DNA of 24,772 nt from positions 1 through 24,772 of the IMG/VR virus record IMGVR_UViG_3300043399_000055; one strand, 5' to 3'. The first letter of the stretch is position 1, and each line of letters begins with the position of its first letter. A model generated the notes under the pieces. The model saw nothing but the letters and a program-made list of their open reading frames with translations. It did no database searches and was not told the DNA's origin. A program made the translations under genes and the position numbers. Of this stretch, positions 8,636 to 17,463 are shown piece after piece. This DNA comes from a virus. Lineage: Duplodnaviria > Caudoviricetes.

Positions 8636-9631
8636 ATGGTATTACCTGTATCACCTAATCCAATATCACTCAATCAAGTGAACACGGAACTTGGTAAATC
8701 TGCTACAGCAACAGTAACAATGGATGATACTGATGTAAGAACATTGTTTGGTAAAGCAGGTAGCGGAACTACAATTTCAATGAGCGACGGTTATGGAAAG
8801 CAACAAGTATATACTTGTGAATATGTTCTTGTCACTTCAGGTGGCGGTGGAGGCTATAACAGAGGCGGCGGTGGTGGTAGCGGTTACCATGAAAATTCTA
8901 CATTTAATATCACACTAAATTCTGGATATAGTGTTACCATAGGAGCTGGCGGCGCCGGTGGAACTGCTGGTGTTAAAGGTGGTAATGGTGGCTCCACTTT
9001 ATTCTTTTTTAATCAATGGACAGGCCAGGGCGGCGGTACTGGAAATGCCACAGCATCCATAAGAAATGGTAATGGAGCTGGTACAGGTTCAGGCGGCGGC
9101 GGCGGAGCAGGTTCACTACTTTCAAACTGGGCAGCGGGAACTGGTGGAAATAGAGGTTATAACATCGCCTGGGGTGGTAATGGTGGCGGCACCACATCTG
9201 TTACTGGCTTTGGTGGCGGTGGTGGTGGCTACGGACAATCATTTGGAACTGATATTCCTGCCATGAATGGCTCAACTACAAAAGGTGGTGATGGTGGAGC
9301 TGGTATATCAAACAGCATTACAGGAACTGCTGTAGTTCGCGCTGGAGGCGGCGGCGGCGGTGGTACTACAGGTGGAACGGCAGGCGGCGGTGGCGGCAAT
9401 GGCGGATCGGGTACAGTAGGTGCAGCTGCAACTGCAAATAGAGGTGGCGGTGGCGGTGGCGGCGCTGGTAACTCAAACGGTGGAAATGGTGGCTCAGCTG
9501 TTCTTATCTTGAAATTTTTAAATACGTTAAACATAACTTTAAGTGCAGGATTGACAGGATCGACCACAACTTCTGGATCTTTTAAAATTACAACAATTAC
9601 CGCTGGTTCTGGCACAGTTACTTTTAGTTAA
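8636..9631 (+). CDS. Glycine-rich adhesin-like protein (gp38-like architecture)
   Basis: A short N-terminal domain (ISLNQVNTELG...VRTLFG...ISMSDGYGK) is followed by many GGGGG runs separated by variable loops. It lies downstream of an S74-bearing fibre, as in T2/S16-type gp37-gp38 pairs. Homology to gp38 is not shown. Confidence 0.65.
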   Translation: MVLPVSPNPISLNQVNTELGKSATATVTMDDTDVRTLFGKAGSGTTISMSDGYGKQQVYTCEYVLVTSGGGGGYNRGGGGGSGYHENSTFNITLNSGYSVTIGAGGAGGTAGVKGGNGGSTLFFFNQWTGQGGGTGNATASIRNGNGAGTGSGGGGGAGSLLSNWAAGTGGNRGYNIAWGGNGGGTTSVTGFGGGGGGYGQSFGTDIPAMNGSTTKGGDGGAGISNSITGTAVVRAGGGGGGGTTGGTAGGGGGNGGSGTVGAAATANRGGGGGGGAGNSNGGNGGSAVLILKFLNTLNITLSAGLTGSTTTSGSFKITTITAGSGTVTFS

Positions 9632-9651
9632 ATTGAAATGTAGAAAATAAA

Positions 9652-9696
9652 ATACTCTATGCATTTTTAGACGATAATAATGTGATAAATACCTAA
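9652..9696 (+). pseudogene. Probable 5' remnant of a small partner gene (ILYAFLDDNNVINT*)
   Basis: The intergenic frame reads YAFLDDNNV with no ATG and a stop at 9694. It resembles the MAHYAFLDENNIV N-terminus that I recall following Gly-rich genes in environmental phages. Confidence 0.5.
9684..9691 (+). promoter_or_regulatory. Variant late promoter upstream of gp13
   Basis: GATAAATA (7/8 match) about 36 bp before ATG 9728, with an AAGGA Shine-Dalgarno-like sequence at 9715-9719. Confidence 0.55.
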
Positions 9697-9727
9697 AAGA
9701 CTCAAAGATATTACAAGGATATAACAA

Positions 9728-10471
9728 ATGGCTGTTCCAGCATCTAGAGAACAACTAAAAGATTGGTGTCTTAGACAGCTAGGTTTCCCTGTCATCGAAA
9801 TTAACGTAGATGACGACCAGGTTGAAGACCGAATTGATGAAGCATTGCAATATTTTCAAGACTTTCACTTCGATGGTGTTGAACGCTGGTATCTAAAGCA
9901 TCAGGTCACAGCACAGAATATAGCTGACAAATATATTCCTATTACCGATAACATCATCGGTATCAATCGTATCTTTCCTGTAGGTTCAACAAACGCTTCG
10001 GTCAATATGTTTGACCTTCGCTATCAGCTACGTTTGCATGAACTTTATGACTTCACTAGCACTTCATATGTCAATTATACCTTGACGATGCAACATATTC
10101 GCACACTTGATATGCTATTCTCTGGTGAAACACCAATTCGTTTCAATCGACATAGCAATAAATTATACATCGACTGGGATTGGAATTATGACATTCAGCC
10201 AGATGAATGGATTGTTATCGAAGGTTTCATTATTCTTGATCCAAACACCTACACCGACGTTTATAATGATCGCATGTTGAAGCGACTAGCTACTGCCTAT
10301 ATCAAACGTCAGTGGGGTAATAACATGAAGAAGTTTGCTGGTATGCAGCTTCCTGGTGGTATTCAAATGAACGGTCAACAAATCTATGAAGAAGCTGTAG
10401 CTGAAATCAAAGAAGTTGAGGATCTAATCAGAGATACCTATGAGGAGCCTCCAATTTTCCTTATCGGGTAA
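9728..10471 (+). CDS. gp13: Neck protein gp13
   Basis: SREQLKDWCLRQLGFPVIEINVDDDQVEDRIDEALQYF...KRQWGNNMKKFAGMQLPGGIQMNGQQIYEEA. Position upstream of gp14. Confidence 0.95.
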   Translation: MAVPASREQLKDWCLRQLGFPVIEINVDDDQVEDRIDEALQYFQDFHFDGVERWYLKHQVTAQNIADKYIPITDNIIGINRIFPVGSTNASVNMFDLRYQLRLHELYDFTSTSYVNYTLTMQHIRTLDMLFSGETPIRFNRHSNKLYIDWDWNYDIQPDEWIVIEGFIILDPNTYTDVYNDRMLKRLATAYIKRQWGNNMKKFAGMQLPGGIQMNGQQIYEEAVAEIKEVEDLIRDTYEEPPIFLIG

Positions 10472-10481
10472 ACGCACAATT

Positions 10482-11066
10482 ATGAAAAACGAAGCCTTTG
10501 TCTATTGTTGGACGGACCATAAAACAAATAAGTTATATGTAGGATCACATAAAGGTTCTACAAATGATGGTTATATTTGTTCATCAAAATTGATGTTAGA
10601 AGAATATAAGAAAAGGCCAGAAGATTTTACTAGACAAATTATTGCTCAAGGATCTTTTACAGATATAAGAAATTTAGAATCTGCTATACTTAAAAGTATT
10701 AATGTGAAGTTAGATGAGCAATTTTATAATCAACATAATAGTGATGGAAAATTTTATCTTAAAGGACATACACAAAAGTCAAAAGATGCTATAGGAAAAG
10801 CACATAAAGGTAAAAAATCACCTTTTCTTATCGAAAGAAATAAATTAGGACTTTCAGAAGAGACAAGAAAAAAAATATCTGAAAACCATCATGACGTTTC
10901 AGGTAAAAATAATCCAATGTTTGGTAAAAAACACACTGAAAAAGCGCGAAAAGCAATGTCAGAAAAAAGAAAAGGTATTAATACTTATATTAAAACCGAT
11001 GAAGTCAAAAAGAAAATGTCTGAAGCCAAAAAATTATATTGGGCTAAAAGAAAAGGTTTAATTTAA
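10482..11066 (+). mobile_element. Free-standing GIY-YIG (Seg-like) homing endonuclease gene with NUMOD3 repeats
   Basis: AFVYCW-x-NKLYVGSH (GIY-YIG variant), YICSS, LE...FYN, then NUMOD3-like GKNNPMFGKKHTEKARKAMSEKRKG and SEETRKKISE. Visibly more A-rich than its flanks. ATG 10482 is preferred over the track start of 10440, which overlaps gp13. Confidence 0.9.
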
Positions 11067-11067
11067 T

Positions 11068-11943
11068 ATGCCTGTGTCCCACTATTTCAATAATTATGCG
11101 GCAAATCAGACTAATGAGATGCGCTTAATGGAAGATGTGATTGTAGAATCTATCCGCATAATGGGTCATGATTGTTTCTATCTTCCTAGAGAAGCATGGT
11201 CAAACGACGATACGATCTTAGGTGAGAATGTTACATCTAAGTTTAATCGTGCATACACCATTGAGATGTATCTTGCTAACGTAGAAGGTTACGAAGGCGA
11301 CGGTGACTTCTTCTCTAAGTTTGGTCTAGAAATCCGAGATACATCTAACTTTGTTCTCTCTAGACGATCATTTGAAAAATATGTTCCTTCTTCTATCGCC
11401 AGTCGCCCACGCGAAGGTGATCTTATCTTTGTTCCTGTCCTACAAAAGATTTTCGAAATCAAGTTCGTTGAAGAAGAATTGATGTTCTTCTCACTAGGCA
11501 AAAGAACGCCTTACATCTACGAATTGCGTTGTGAACTCTTCCGCTATAGCAATGAAAACATCGACACAGGCATTGAAGAAGTTGACCATGTAGAACATAC
11601 TTTGGCTTATACAATCAAACTTGATATGAGTAATGGTAATGGTGTCAACTTCCGTGCAAATGAAATAGTCTATCAAGGTGCCAATCTTGAATTTGCTACG
11701 GCTACAGCAGAAGTAAAAGAGTGGACACCACAGACCAATGTTCTGTTGCTGATGAATATCAAAGGCGATTTCTCAGCTAATGGTCAGTTAATTGGTACAC
11801 AATCTAATGCAAGATTTAACATTGCAACTGTTGATACTATAGGTGATTACCTTGATTATGACCTGTATGATAACAGACAACTTCAAAACGAAGCTAACAC
11901 TTTCATTGATTTCAGTGAATCTAATCCGTTTGGACAACCATAA
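11068..11943 (+). CDS. gp14: Neck protein gp14
   Basis: ESIRIMGHDCFYLPRE...IEMYLANVEGYEGDGDFFSKFGLEIRD...RPREGDLIF...YELRCELF...DFSESNPFG. Confidence 0.95.
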   Translation: MPVSHYFNNYAANQTNEMRLMEDVIVESIRIMGHDCFYLPREAWSNDDTILGENVTSKFNRAYTIEMYLANVEGYEGDGDFFSKFGLEIRDTSNFVLSRRSFEKYVPSSIASRPREGDLIFVPVLQKIFEIKFVEEELMFFSLGKRTPYIYELRCELFRYSNENIDTGIEEVDHVEHTLAYTIKLDMSNGNGVNFRANEIVYQGANLEFATATAEVKEWTPQTNVLLLMNIKGDFSANGQLIGTQSNARFNIATVDTIGDYLDYDLYDNRQLQNEANTFIDFSESNPFGQP

Positions 11944-12956
11944 TGCTTAGTAATAGATATTTCTACTTTCAGTTGACTCGCAAATATGTTATCATGTTTG
12001 GTAATATGTTTAACAATATCACTATTAAGCGTTTGAACAGAGATGTTTCACCGCCAACAGAAATTGAACGTATTAAGATTCCTATTATTTACGCACCAAA
12101 AGAAAAGTATATTGCTCGCCTCAGATCAGATCCAGATTTGAGTCGTGAAATTCAGGTTGTTCTTCCTAGAATGTCTTTCGAGGTTACAGGATTATCGTAT
12201 GATCCTTCTCGTAAGCAAAACTCTTTGATGAGAAATTCTACTGTATCAACTGCAACACAATCCAATTCTCAATATGTTGGTGTGCCATATGACTTATCAT
12301 TTGAATTGAATATCTATACTAGAAACATCGATGATGGCACACATATCGTAGAACAGATTTTACCATACTTCAATCCAGATTACACCGTGACAAGCGTTAT
12401 GGTGCCTGAGATGGGTTTTCTCAAAGATATTCCTATTATTCTGAATAGTGTTAGCTATGATATTGAACACGAAGGTAACTTTGATGCTGTTCGTTTCGTA
12501 ACGTGGCGTTTGACTTTTACAGTCAAGGCTTACTATTACGGTCCTGTTCTTCCTGCAAGCATCATTCGCAGCAGTAATTCAAATATTCTTAATGATCCAA
12601 CAATTCAGACTGGATATATCGTCAAGATAAACACATCTGATGGTAATAATGGAACATTTAAAGAGAACGATATAGTTTATCAAGGCGATAACTATAAGAC
12701 AGCTACCGCTTACGGTATTGTTACATCTTGGAGTCCAACTACCAATAAACTCGTTCTTGGTGCAACACAAGGTCAATTCTTAGCTAATAACTTTATCAAA
12801 GCTGTTGATTCTAATGCAGTTTATAAGTTGGCTAGCTTTGATGGATCACCTCTTAAACTTGTTAATATCAATGTTGTTCCTAATCCAAACAATGCGCTAC
12901 CCAATAGTGCATATGGTTATGATACAACTGTTACAGAATGGCCCGATACACAATAA
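11943..12956 (+). CDS. gp15: Tail sheath stabiliser/terminator gp15 with an extra C-proximal domain
   Basis: YFY...RKYVIMFGNMFNNI...IKIPIIYAPKEK...LPRMSFE...YDPSRK...QILPYFNP...DIPIILNSV. Confidence 0.95.
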   Translation: MLSNRYFYFQLTRKYVIMFGNMFNNITIKRLNRDVSPPTEIERIKIPIIYAPKEKYIARLRSDPDLSREIQVVLPRMSFEVTGLSYDPSRKQNSLMRNSTVSTATQSNSQYVGVPYDLSFELNIYTRNIDDGTHIVEQILPYFNPDYTVTSVMVPEMGFLKDIPIILNSVSYDIEHEGNFDAVRFVTWRLTFTVKAYYYGPVLPASIIRSSNSNILNDPTIQTGYIVKINTSDGNNGTFKENDIVYQGDNYKTATAYGIVTSWSPTTNKLVLGATQGQFLANNFIKAVDSNAVYKLASFDGSPLKLVNINVVPNPNNALPNSAYGYDTTVTEWPDTQ

Positions 12957-13387
12957 TGAAAACTTTTGAAACTCTATCTGATGCCTTAGGTGTAGAACAC
13001 AAACCTTCTGAACCTGAAATTTTACCGCCTGCTATCATCGAAGAACCAAAAGAAAAACTTGGTTCAGAAGATCAACGTGCAGACTATGAACTATCGCGCA
13101 AAACTTTTCGTGAGTTAATTCATAAAGGTAATGCTGCTATTGAAGGCATCACTGATCTTGCTAAACAAAGTGAAAGCCCTAGAGCATATGAGGTTCTAGC
13201 CACTCTTATGAAGACGGTTGCAGATACAACGAAAGACTTGTATGACCTTCAGAAAAAGACTAAAGACCTTTCTAAAGAAGATAAATCTCGTCCTCAAGAT
13301 GAACAGCGTATCAATGTTGAGAAAGCCGTGTTCGTTGGATCTACTGCGGAGTTATTAAAACAGGTAAAAGCAAATAAAGATGCCTAA
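12956..13387 (+). CDS. gp16: Terminase small subunit gp16
   Basis: DYELSRKTF...ESPRAYEVLATLMK...VFVGSTAELLK. Start taken at the TAATG overlap (12956) rather than 12938. Confidence 0.93.
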   Translation: MKTFETLSDALGVEHKPSEPEILPPAIIEEPKEKLGSEDQRADYELSRKTFRELIHKGNAAIEGITDLAKQSESPRAYEVLATLMKTVADTTKDLYDLQKKTKDLSKEDKSRPQDEQRINVEKAVFVGSTAELLKQVKANKDA

Positions 13388-15053
13388 GTTTGAAGGTTAT
13401 CAAGGTAATCCAAATCTTCCTCGTGAAGATTATATACATGAATTTACACAGCACGAAATTGATGAGTTTGTCAAGTGTGCTAATGATCCTGTTTACTTTG
13501 CCGTCAACTATATGAAGATTGTCAACGTCGACCACGGTCTGATGCCGTTCAAGATGTGGGACTTCCAGAAAGAAATGCTCAAAACATTTCACGACAATCG
13601 CTTCTCTATCTGTAAACTACCTCGTCAGGTTGGTAAGACGACCACTTCGGTAGCCTATCTTCTTCATTATGTTCTATTCAATGAGAATGTCAACATAGCC
13701 ATTCTTGCTAACAAATCATCAACGGCTCGTGAAATCATGGGTCGTTTGCAATTAGCCTTTGAATATCTACCAAGATTCCTTCAGCAAGGTGTCAAAGAGT
13801 GGAACAAAGGTTCAATTGAGTTAGCCAATGGGTCAAGAGCGCAAGCCGATTCAACTTCCGGTAGCTCTGTTCGTGGTAGATCGTTCAACGTAGTGTTTCT
13901 TGACGAGTTCGCGTTCGTACCGAACAATATCGCAGAAGCGTTCTTTATGTCAACATACCCTACAATTTCTTCTGGTCAAAGCACCAAGGTCATCATCGTT
14001 TCTACACCAAACGGTTTGAACCTGTTCTACAAGATGTGGATGGATGCGGTAGAGAAGCGCAGCTTGTATATTCCTATTGAAATTCACTGGTCGATGGTGC
14101 CAGGTCGTGATGAGAAATGGAAAGAAGAAACGATTAAGAACACCTCAGAAGATCAATTCCGTCAAGAGTTCGAGTGTGAGTTCGTTGGTTCAACCAATAC
14201 GCTTATTCATCCTGCTAAACTTCGCACCATGGTCTTTCTCAATCCTGTTGAACAGATTGACTGTATGGACATATATGAGAAACCACAAAAGGGTAAAACG
14301 TATGTTATCTCGGTGGATGTTGCAGAGGGTCAAGAGAAAGATTATTCATGCTTTTCTGTCATCGATGTGACACAAATACCATATAAGCAGGTGGCTAAAT
14401 ACCGTAACAATAAGATAGCACCTCTACTTTACCCTACTATTATATTCACCGCAGCCAAGTCATATAATGAAGCATTTATCTTGGTAGAAATCAATAGCAT
14501 TGGTCTACAGGTTGCAGACATTCTACACAACGAACTAGCCTATGAAAACCTGATCAAGATACAACCAAAAGGTAAACATGGTCAGCAAGTCACACCAGGC
14601 TTCACCAAGAAGATGCAGATGGGTCTTAGACAGTCTGTTCAGACTAAAAAGATTGGTTGCGCTAACTTAAAATCGCTGGTTGAAGGTGATAAGCTCATCA
14701 TCAATGATGCAGACACCATCATGGAATTGACAACTTTCTCGGAGCATAAGACTTCATTTGCTGCTGAAGAAGGTAATAATGATGACTTGGCTATGACACT
14801 GGTTAACTTCGCATGGTTGACCGCTCAAAGATATTTTAAAGAGAATGTAAACAATGATATCCGCAAGGTATTACAAGAAGAACAGCTTCATATTATGGAT
14901 CAAGATTTGGTACCTTTCGGTGTTATTGATGGTTATCAAGGCTTAGAGAATGACATGGTTGAGAGAGATGAACAAGGTGACCTTTGGGTTTCCGAGAGAC
15001 AGAAGCTCTATCCATTTGACAACTTTTCATGGGACTGGCGACAGAAGCTATAA
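13380..15053 (+). CDS. gp17: Terminase large subunit gp17
   Basis: YQGNPNL, Walker A LPRQVGKTT, Walker B VFLDEFAF, motif III STPNG, FRQEFECEF, nuclease VDVAEG...DYS...DDLAM. Confidence 0.98.
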   Translation: MPKFEGYQGNPNLPREDYIHEFTQHEIDEFVKCANDPVYFAVNYMKIVNVDHGLMPFKMWDFQKEMLKTFHDNRFSICKLPRQVGKTTTSVAYLLHYVLFNENVNIAILANKSSTAREIMGRLQLAFEYLPRFLQQGVKEWNKGSIELANGSRAQADSTSGSSVRGRSFNVVFLDEFAFVPNNIAEAFFMSTYPTISSGQSTKVIIVSTPNGLNLFYKMWMDAVEKRSLYIPIEIHWSMVPGRDEKWKEETIKNTSEDQFRQEFECEFVGSTNTLIHPAKLRTMVFLNPVEQIDCMDIYEKPQKGKTYVISVDVAEGQEKDYSCFSVIDVTQIPYKQVAKYRNNKIAPLLYPTIIFTAAKSYNEAFILVEINSIGLQVADILHNELAYENLIKIQPKGKHGQQVTPGFTKKMQMGLRQSVQTKKIGCANLKSLVEGDKLIINDADTIMELTTFSEHKTSFAAEEGNNDDLAMTLVNFAWLTAQRYFKENVNNDIRKVLQEEQLHIMDQDLVPFGVIDGYQGLENDMVERDEQGDLWVSERQKLYPFDNFSWDWRQKL

Positions 15054-15064
15054 ATCTTCGATTT

Positions 15065-15072
15065 TCTAAATA
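15065..15072 (+). promoter_or_regulatory. Variant late promoter upstream of gp18
   Basis: TCTAAATA in the gp17-gp18 gap, with an AAGGAG Shine-Dalgarno before ATG 15116. Confidence 0.55.
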
Positions 15073-15115
15073 ATACCAGGAAAGTAATAAACTTTTTTCG
15101 TAAAGGAGAAATACG

Positions 15116-16795
15116 ATGGCATTTCAATTGTCACCAGGCGTTAATGTATCAGAAGTTGATCTAACAACTATTGTTCCAGCAGTAGGTACCACTGAAGGTG
15201 CTTTCGCTGGTAATTTTGTATGGGGTCCTGCTAATCAGATAATCACAGTCAGCAATGAAGTTGAATTGGTTAACATTTTTGGTCGCCCTGACTCAAACAC
15301 ATTTGCTTCATTCTTTTCAGCCGCTAACTTCCTTGCTTATGCAAGAAATCTAAAAGTCGTTCGCGCTGTTGCTAATACAGCCAAGAACGCAACCGCAGCT
15401 GGTTCTGGTGTCTTGATCGAAAATCAAGACATTTATGTTGACCAATTTTATCCACAAACAAATACTGTTTATGGTATTGCTGCTGCTCGTTATCCTGGTG
15501 ATTTAGGCAACAGCCTAAAAGTGTCCATCTATACTGGTGCTAATACAGACGTTTCTTCTTGGGTTTATGGTGACCGTTTCAATGGTGCACCAGGAACATC
15601 TGTTTATGCAGCCGGTGTCAATGGTGCTAATGATGAAATGCACATCGTAGTGGTTGACGAAGACGGTAAATTCTCAGGCACAGCCAACACAATCCTTGAA
15701 AAGTTTGGCTATGTTTCAGCAGCCGTTGATGCTAAGACAGATGATGGTTCTTCAAACTACTATGTCAACGTCATTAATGATCGTTCTAAGTATGTTTATA
15801 TGATGACTAAACCAGCCAATACAACTAATTGGGGTGCAGCAGCATCAGGCACAACATTCTCAGCCAATAACGTATATGAAGCATCTCTCACAAACGGTGT
15901 TTCAGCCTCACCATCAAATGCCGACATCATCGTAGCATATGATAAATTTGCAAATGCAGAAGAAGTTGATATTTCTCTCATTGTAACTGGTGATGCAGAT
16001 CCAACTGTTTCAAAACACATTGTTGATAACATTGCAGAATCTCGCAGAGATTGTGTTGTATTCATTTCACCAGAAAGAGCCGATGTTGTTAATAATGATG
16101 GCAGCGAATCAGCAGATGTTGTTGCACTTCGCAAAACATTCAATCCATCTTCATATGCCTTCATGGACTCAGGTTGGAAATATCAGTTTGACAAGTATAA
16201 CAACGTCTATCGTTGGGTACCTCTCAATGGTGACATTGCCGGTCTCTGTGTTCGCACAGACTTTGAACGTGATCCTTGGTTCTCACCAGCCGGTTTCAAC
16301 CGTGGTTCAATCAAGAATGTTGTAAAACTTTCTTGGAATCCAAATCAGGCTGATAGAGATAACCTCTACAAGAATGGTATCAACCCAGTTGTCTCATTCC
16401 CAGGTCAAGGTGTTGTTCTCTATGGTGATAAGACAATGCTTGATAAACCATCAGCATTTGATCGCGTCAATGTTCGTCGCTTGTTCATTGTTCTTGAAAA
16501 AGCAATTGCTCGTGCTTCACGTTATTCACTATTTGAGTTCAATGATGAATTTACACGCGCTCAGTTTGTTGCTCTTGTTGAACCTTTCCTCAGAGACGTT
16601 CAAGGACGCCGTGGCATCTTTGACTTCCGCGTTGTTTGCGATGAAACAAACAATACACCAGAAATCATTGATCGTAACGAATTTGTTGGTGACATTTATA
16701 TCAAGCCAGCACGTTCAATCAACTTCATTCAGCTGAACTTTGTGGCCGTTAGAACCGGTGTTTCGTTTGACGAAATCGTTGGTCGCGCCCAATAA
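15116..16795 (+). CDS. gp18: Tail sheath protein gp18
   Basis: LSPGVNVSEVDLT...WGP...FFSAANFLAY...PWFSPAGFNRG...GDKT...FDRVNVRRLF...IKPARSINFIQLNFVAVRTGVSFDE. Confidence 0.98.
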   Translation: MAFQLSPGVNVSEVDLTTIVPAVGTTEGAFAGNFVWGPANQIITVSNEVELVNIFGRPDSNTFASFFSAANFLAYARNLKVVRAVANTAKNATAAGSGVLIENQDIYVDQFYPQTNTVYGIAAARYPGDLGNSLKVSIYTGANTDVSSWVYGDRFNGAPGTSVYAAGVNGANDEMHIVVVDEDGKFSGTANTILEKFGYVSAAVDAKTDDGSSNYYVNVINDRSKYVYMMTKPANTTNWGAAASGTTFSANNVYEASLTNGVSASPSNADIIVAYDKFANAEEVDISLIVTGDADPTVSKHIVDNIAESRRDCVVFISPERADVVNNDGSESADVVALRKTFNPSSYAFMDSGWKYQFDKYNNVYRWVPLNGDIAGLCVRTDFERDPWFSPAGFNRGSIKNVVKLSWNPNQADRDNLYKNGINPVVSFPGQGVVLYGDKTMLDKPSAFDRVNVRRLFIVLEKAIARASRYSLFEFNDEFTRAQFVALVEPFLRDVQGRRGIFDFRVVCDETNNTPEIIDRNEFVGDIYIKPARSINFIQLNFVAVRTGVSFDEIVGRAQ

Positions 16796-16798
16796 TCG

Positions 16799-16806
16799 AA
16801 TAAATA
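16799..16806 (+). promoter_or_regulatory. Variant late promoter upstream of gp19
   Basis: AATAAATA followed by an AAGGAG Shine-Dalgarno and ATG 16828. Confidence 0.55.
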
Positions 16807-16827
16807 GAGATAAAGGAGTAATCTAAA

Positions 16828-17406
16828 ATGGCTTTCAGAGTTCAAGAATTTAGATCACAGATGCAGTTTGATGGCGCACGCCCAAATCTGTTTCAATGCG
16901 AAATGACATTTCCCTTCCTGGCTGTCCAGGAAGGTGATCCACAGCGTAAATTCACATTCATGGCTCGCGCAGCACAACTTCCTGGTACATCAGTCAACTC
17001 AGTTCCTGTAATGTATTTTGGTCGTGAGTTGAAGTTTGCTGGTAACCGCACATTCCCAGAATGGACAGTTACAATTATCAACGATGAAGACTTTGTAATC
17101 CGTAAGGCTTTCGAGCGTTGGTTGAATGGTATCAATTCTCACGTTGGTAACCTTCGTGATCCGGAGTTTATCAACGCTGAAGGTGCTGGTCGTGGTTATC
17201 AAAGCGATGGTTATGTTGTGCAGTATGCTAAGACAGGTGAAGAAATCAAGGCTTATAAGTTTGTTGGTATGTTCCCAATTGATGTATCACCAATTGATGT
17301 TGATTGGGGTTCAAACGATAACATCGAAGAATACGCCGTAACATTTGCATATCAGTGGTGGGAGTCAGATGACATTAATCCTACAACTGACACCTCAAAT
17401 GGCTAA
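16828..17406 (+). CDS. gp19: Tail tube protein gp19
   Basis: GARPNLF...AAQLPG...YFGRELKFAGNRTFPEWTVTIINDEDF...FPIDVSPI...IEEYAVTFAYQWW. Confidence 0.97.
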   Translation: MAFRVQEFRSQMQFDGARPNLFQCEMTFPFLAVQEGDPQRKFTFMARAAQLPGTSVNSVPVMYFGRELKFAGNRTFPEWTVTIINDEDFVIRKAFERWLNGINSHVGNLRDPEFINAEGAGRGYQSDGYVVQYAKTGEEIKAYKFVGMFPIDVSPIDVDWGSNDNIEEYAVTFAYQWWESDDINPTTDTSNG

Positions 17407-17416
17407 TATATAAAAT

Positions 17417-17446
17417 AGAGGGGGTATCTAAACCCCCTCTTTATTT
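17417..17446 (+). terminator. Rho-independent terminator after gp19
   Basis: Stem AGAGGGGGT (17417-17425) / ACCCCCTCT (17432-17440) with a 6-nt loop, followed by TTATTT. Confidence 0.85.
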
Positions 17447-17463
17447 CTCGGAGTATTTTCTTA

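Noticed and set aside
9229-9615. Minus-strand polyproline ORF
   Set aside because: It is the antisense shadow of GGN glycine codons in the Gly-rich gene.
10440-11067. Group I intron hosting the endonuclease
   Set aside because: gp13 and gp14 both have complete typical ends and starts, and the flanking gaps (10 bp and 1 bp) leave no room for an intron core.
12956-15116. Hypervariable island between gp15 and gp18, as in many cyanomyoviruses
   Set aside because: gp15-16-17-18 are contiguous here, and no intein or intron is evident in gp17.
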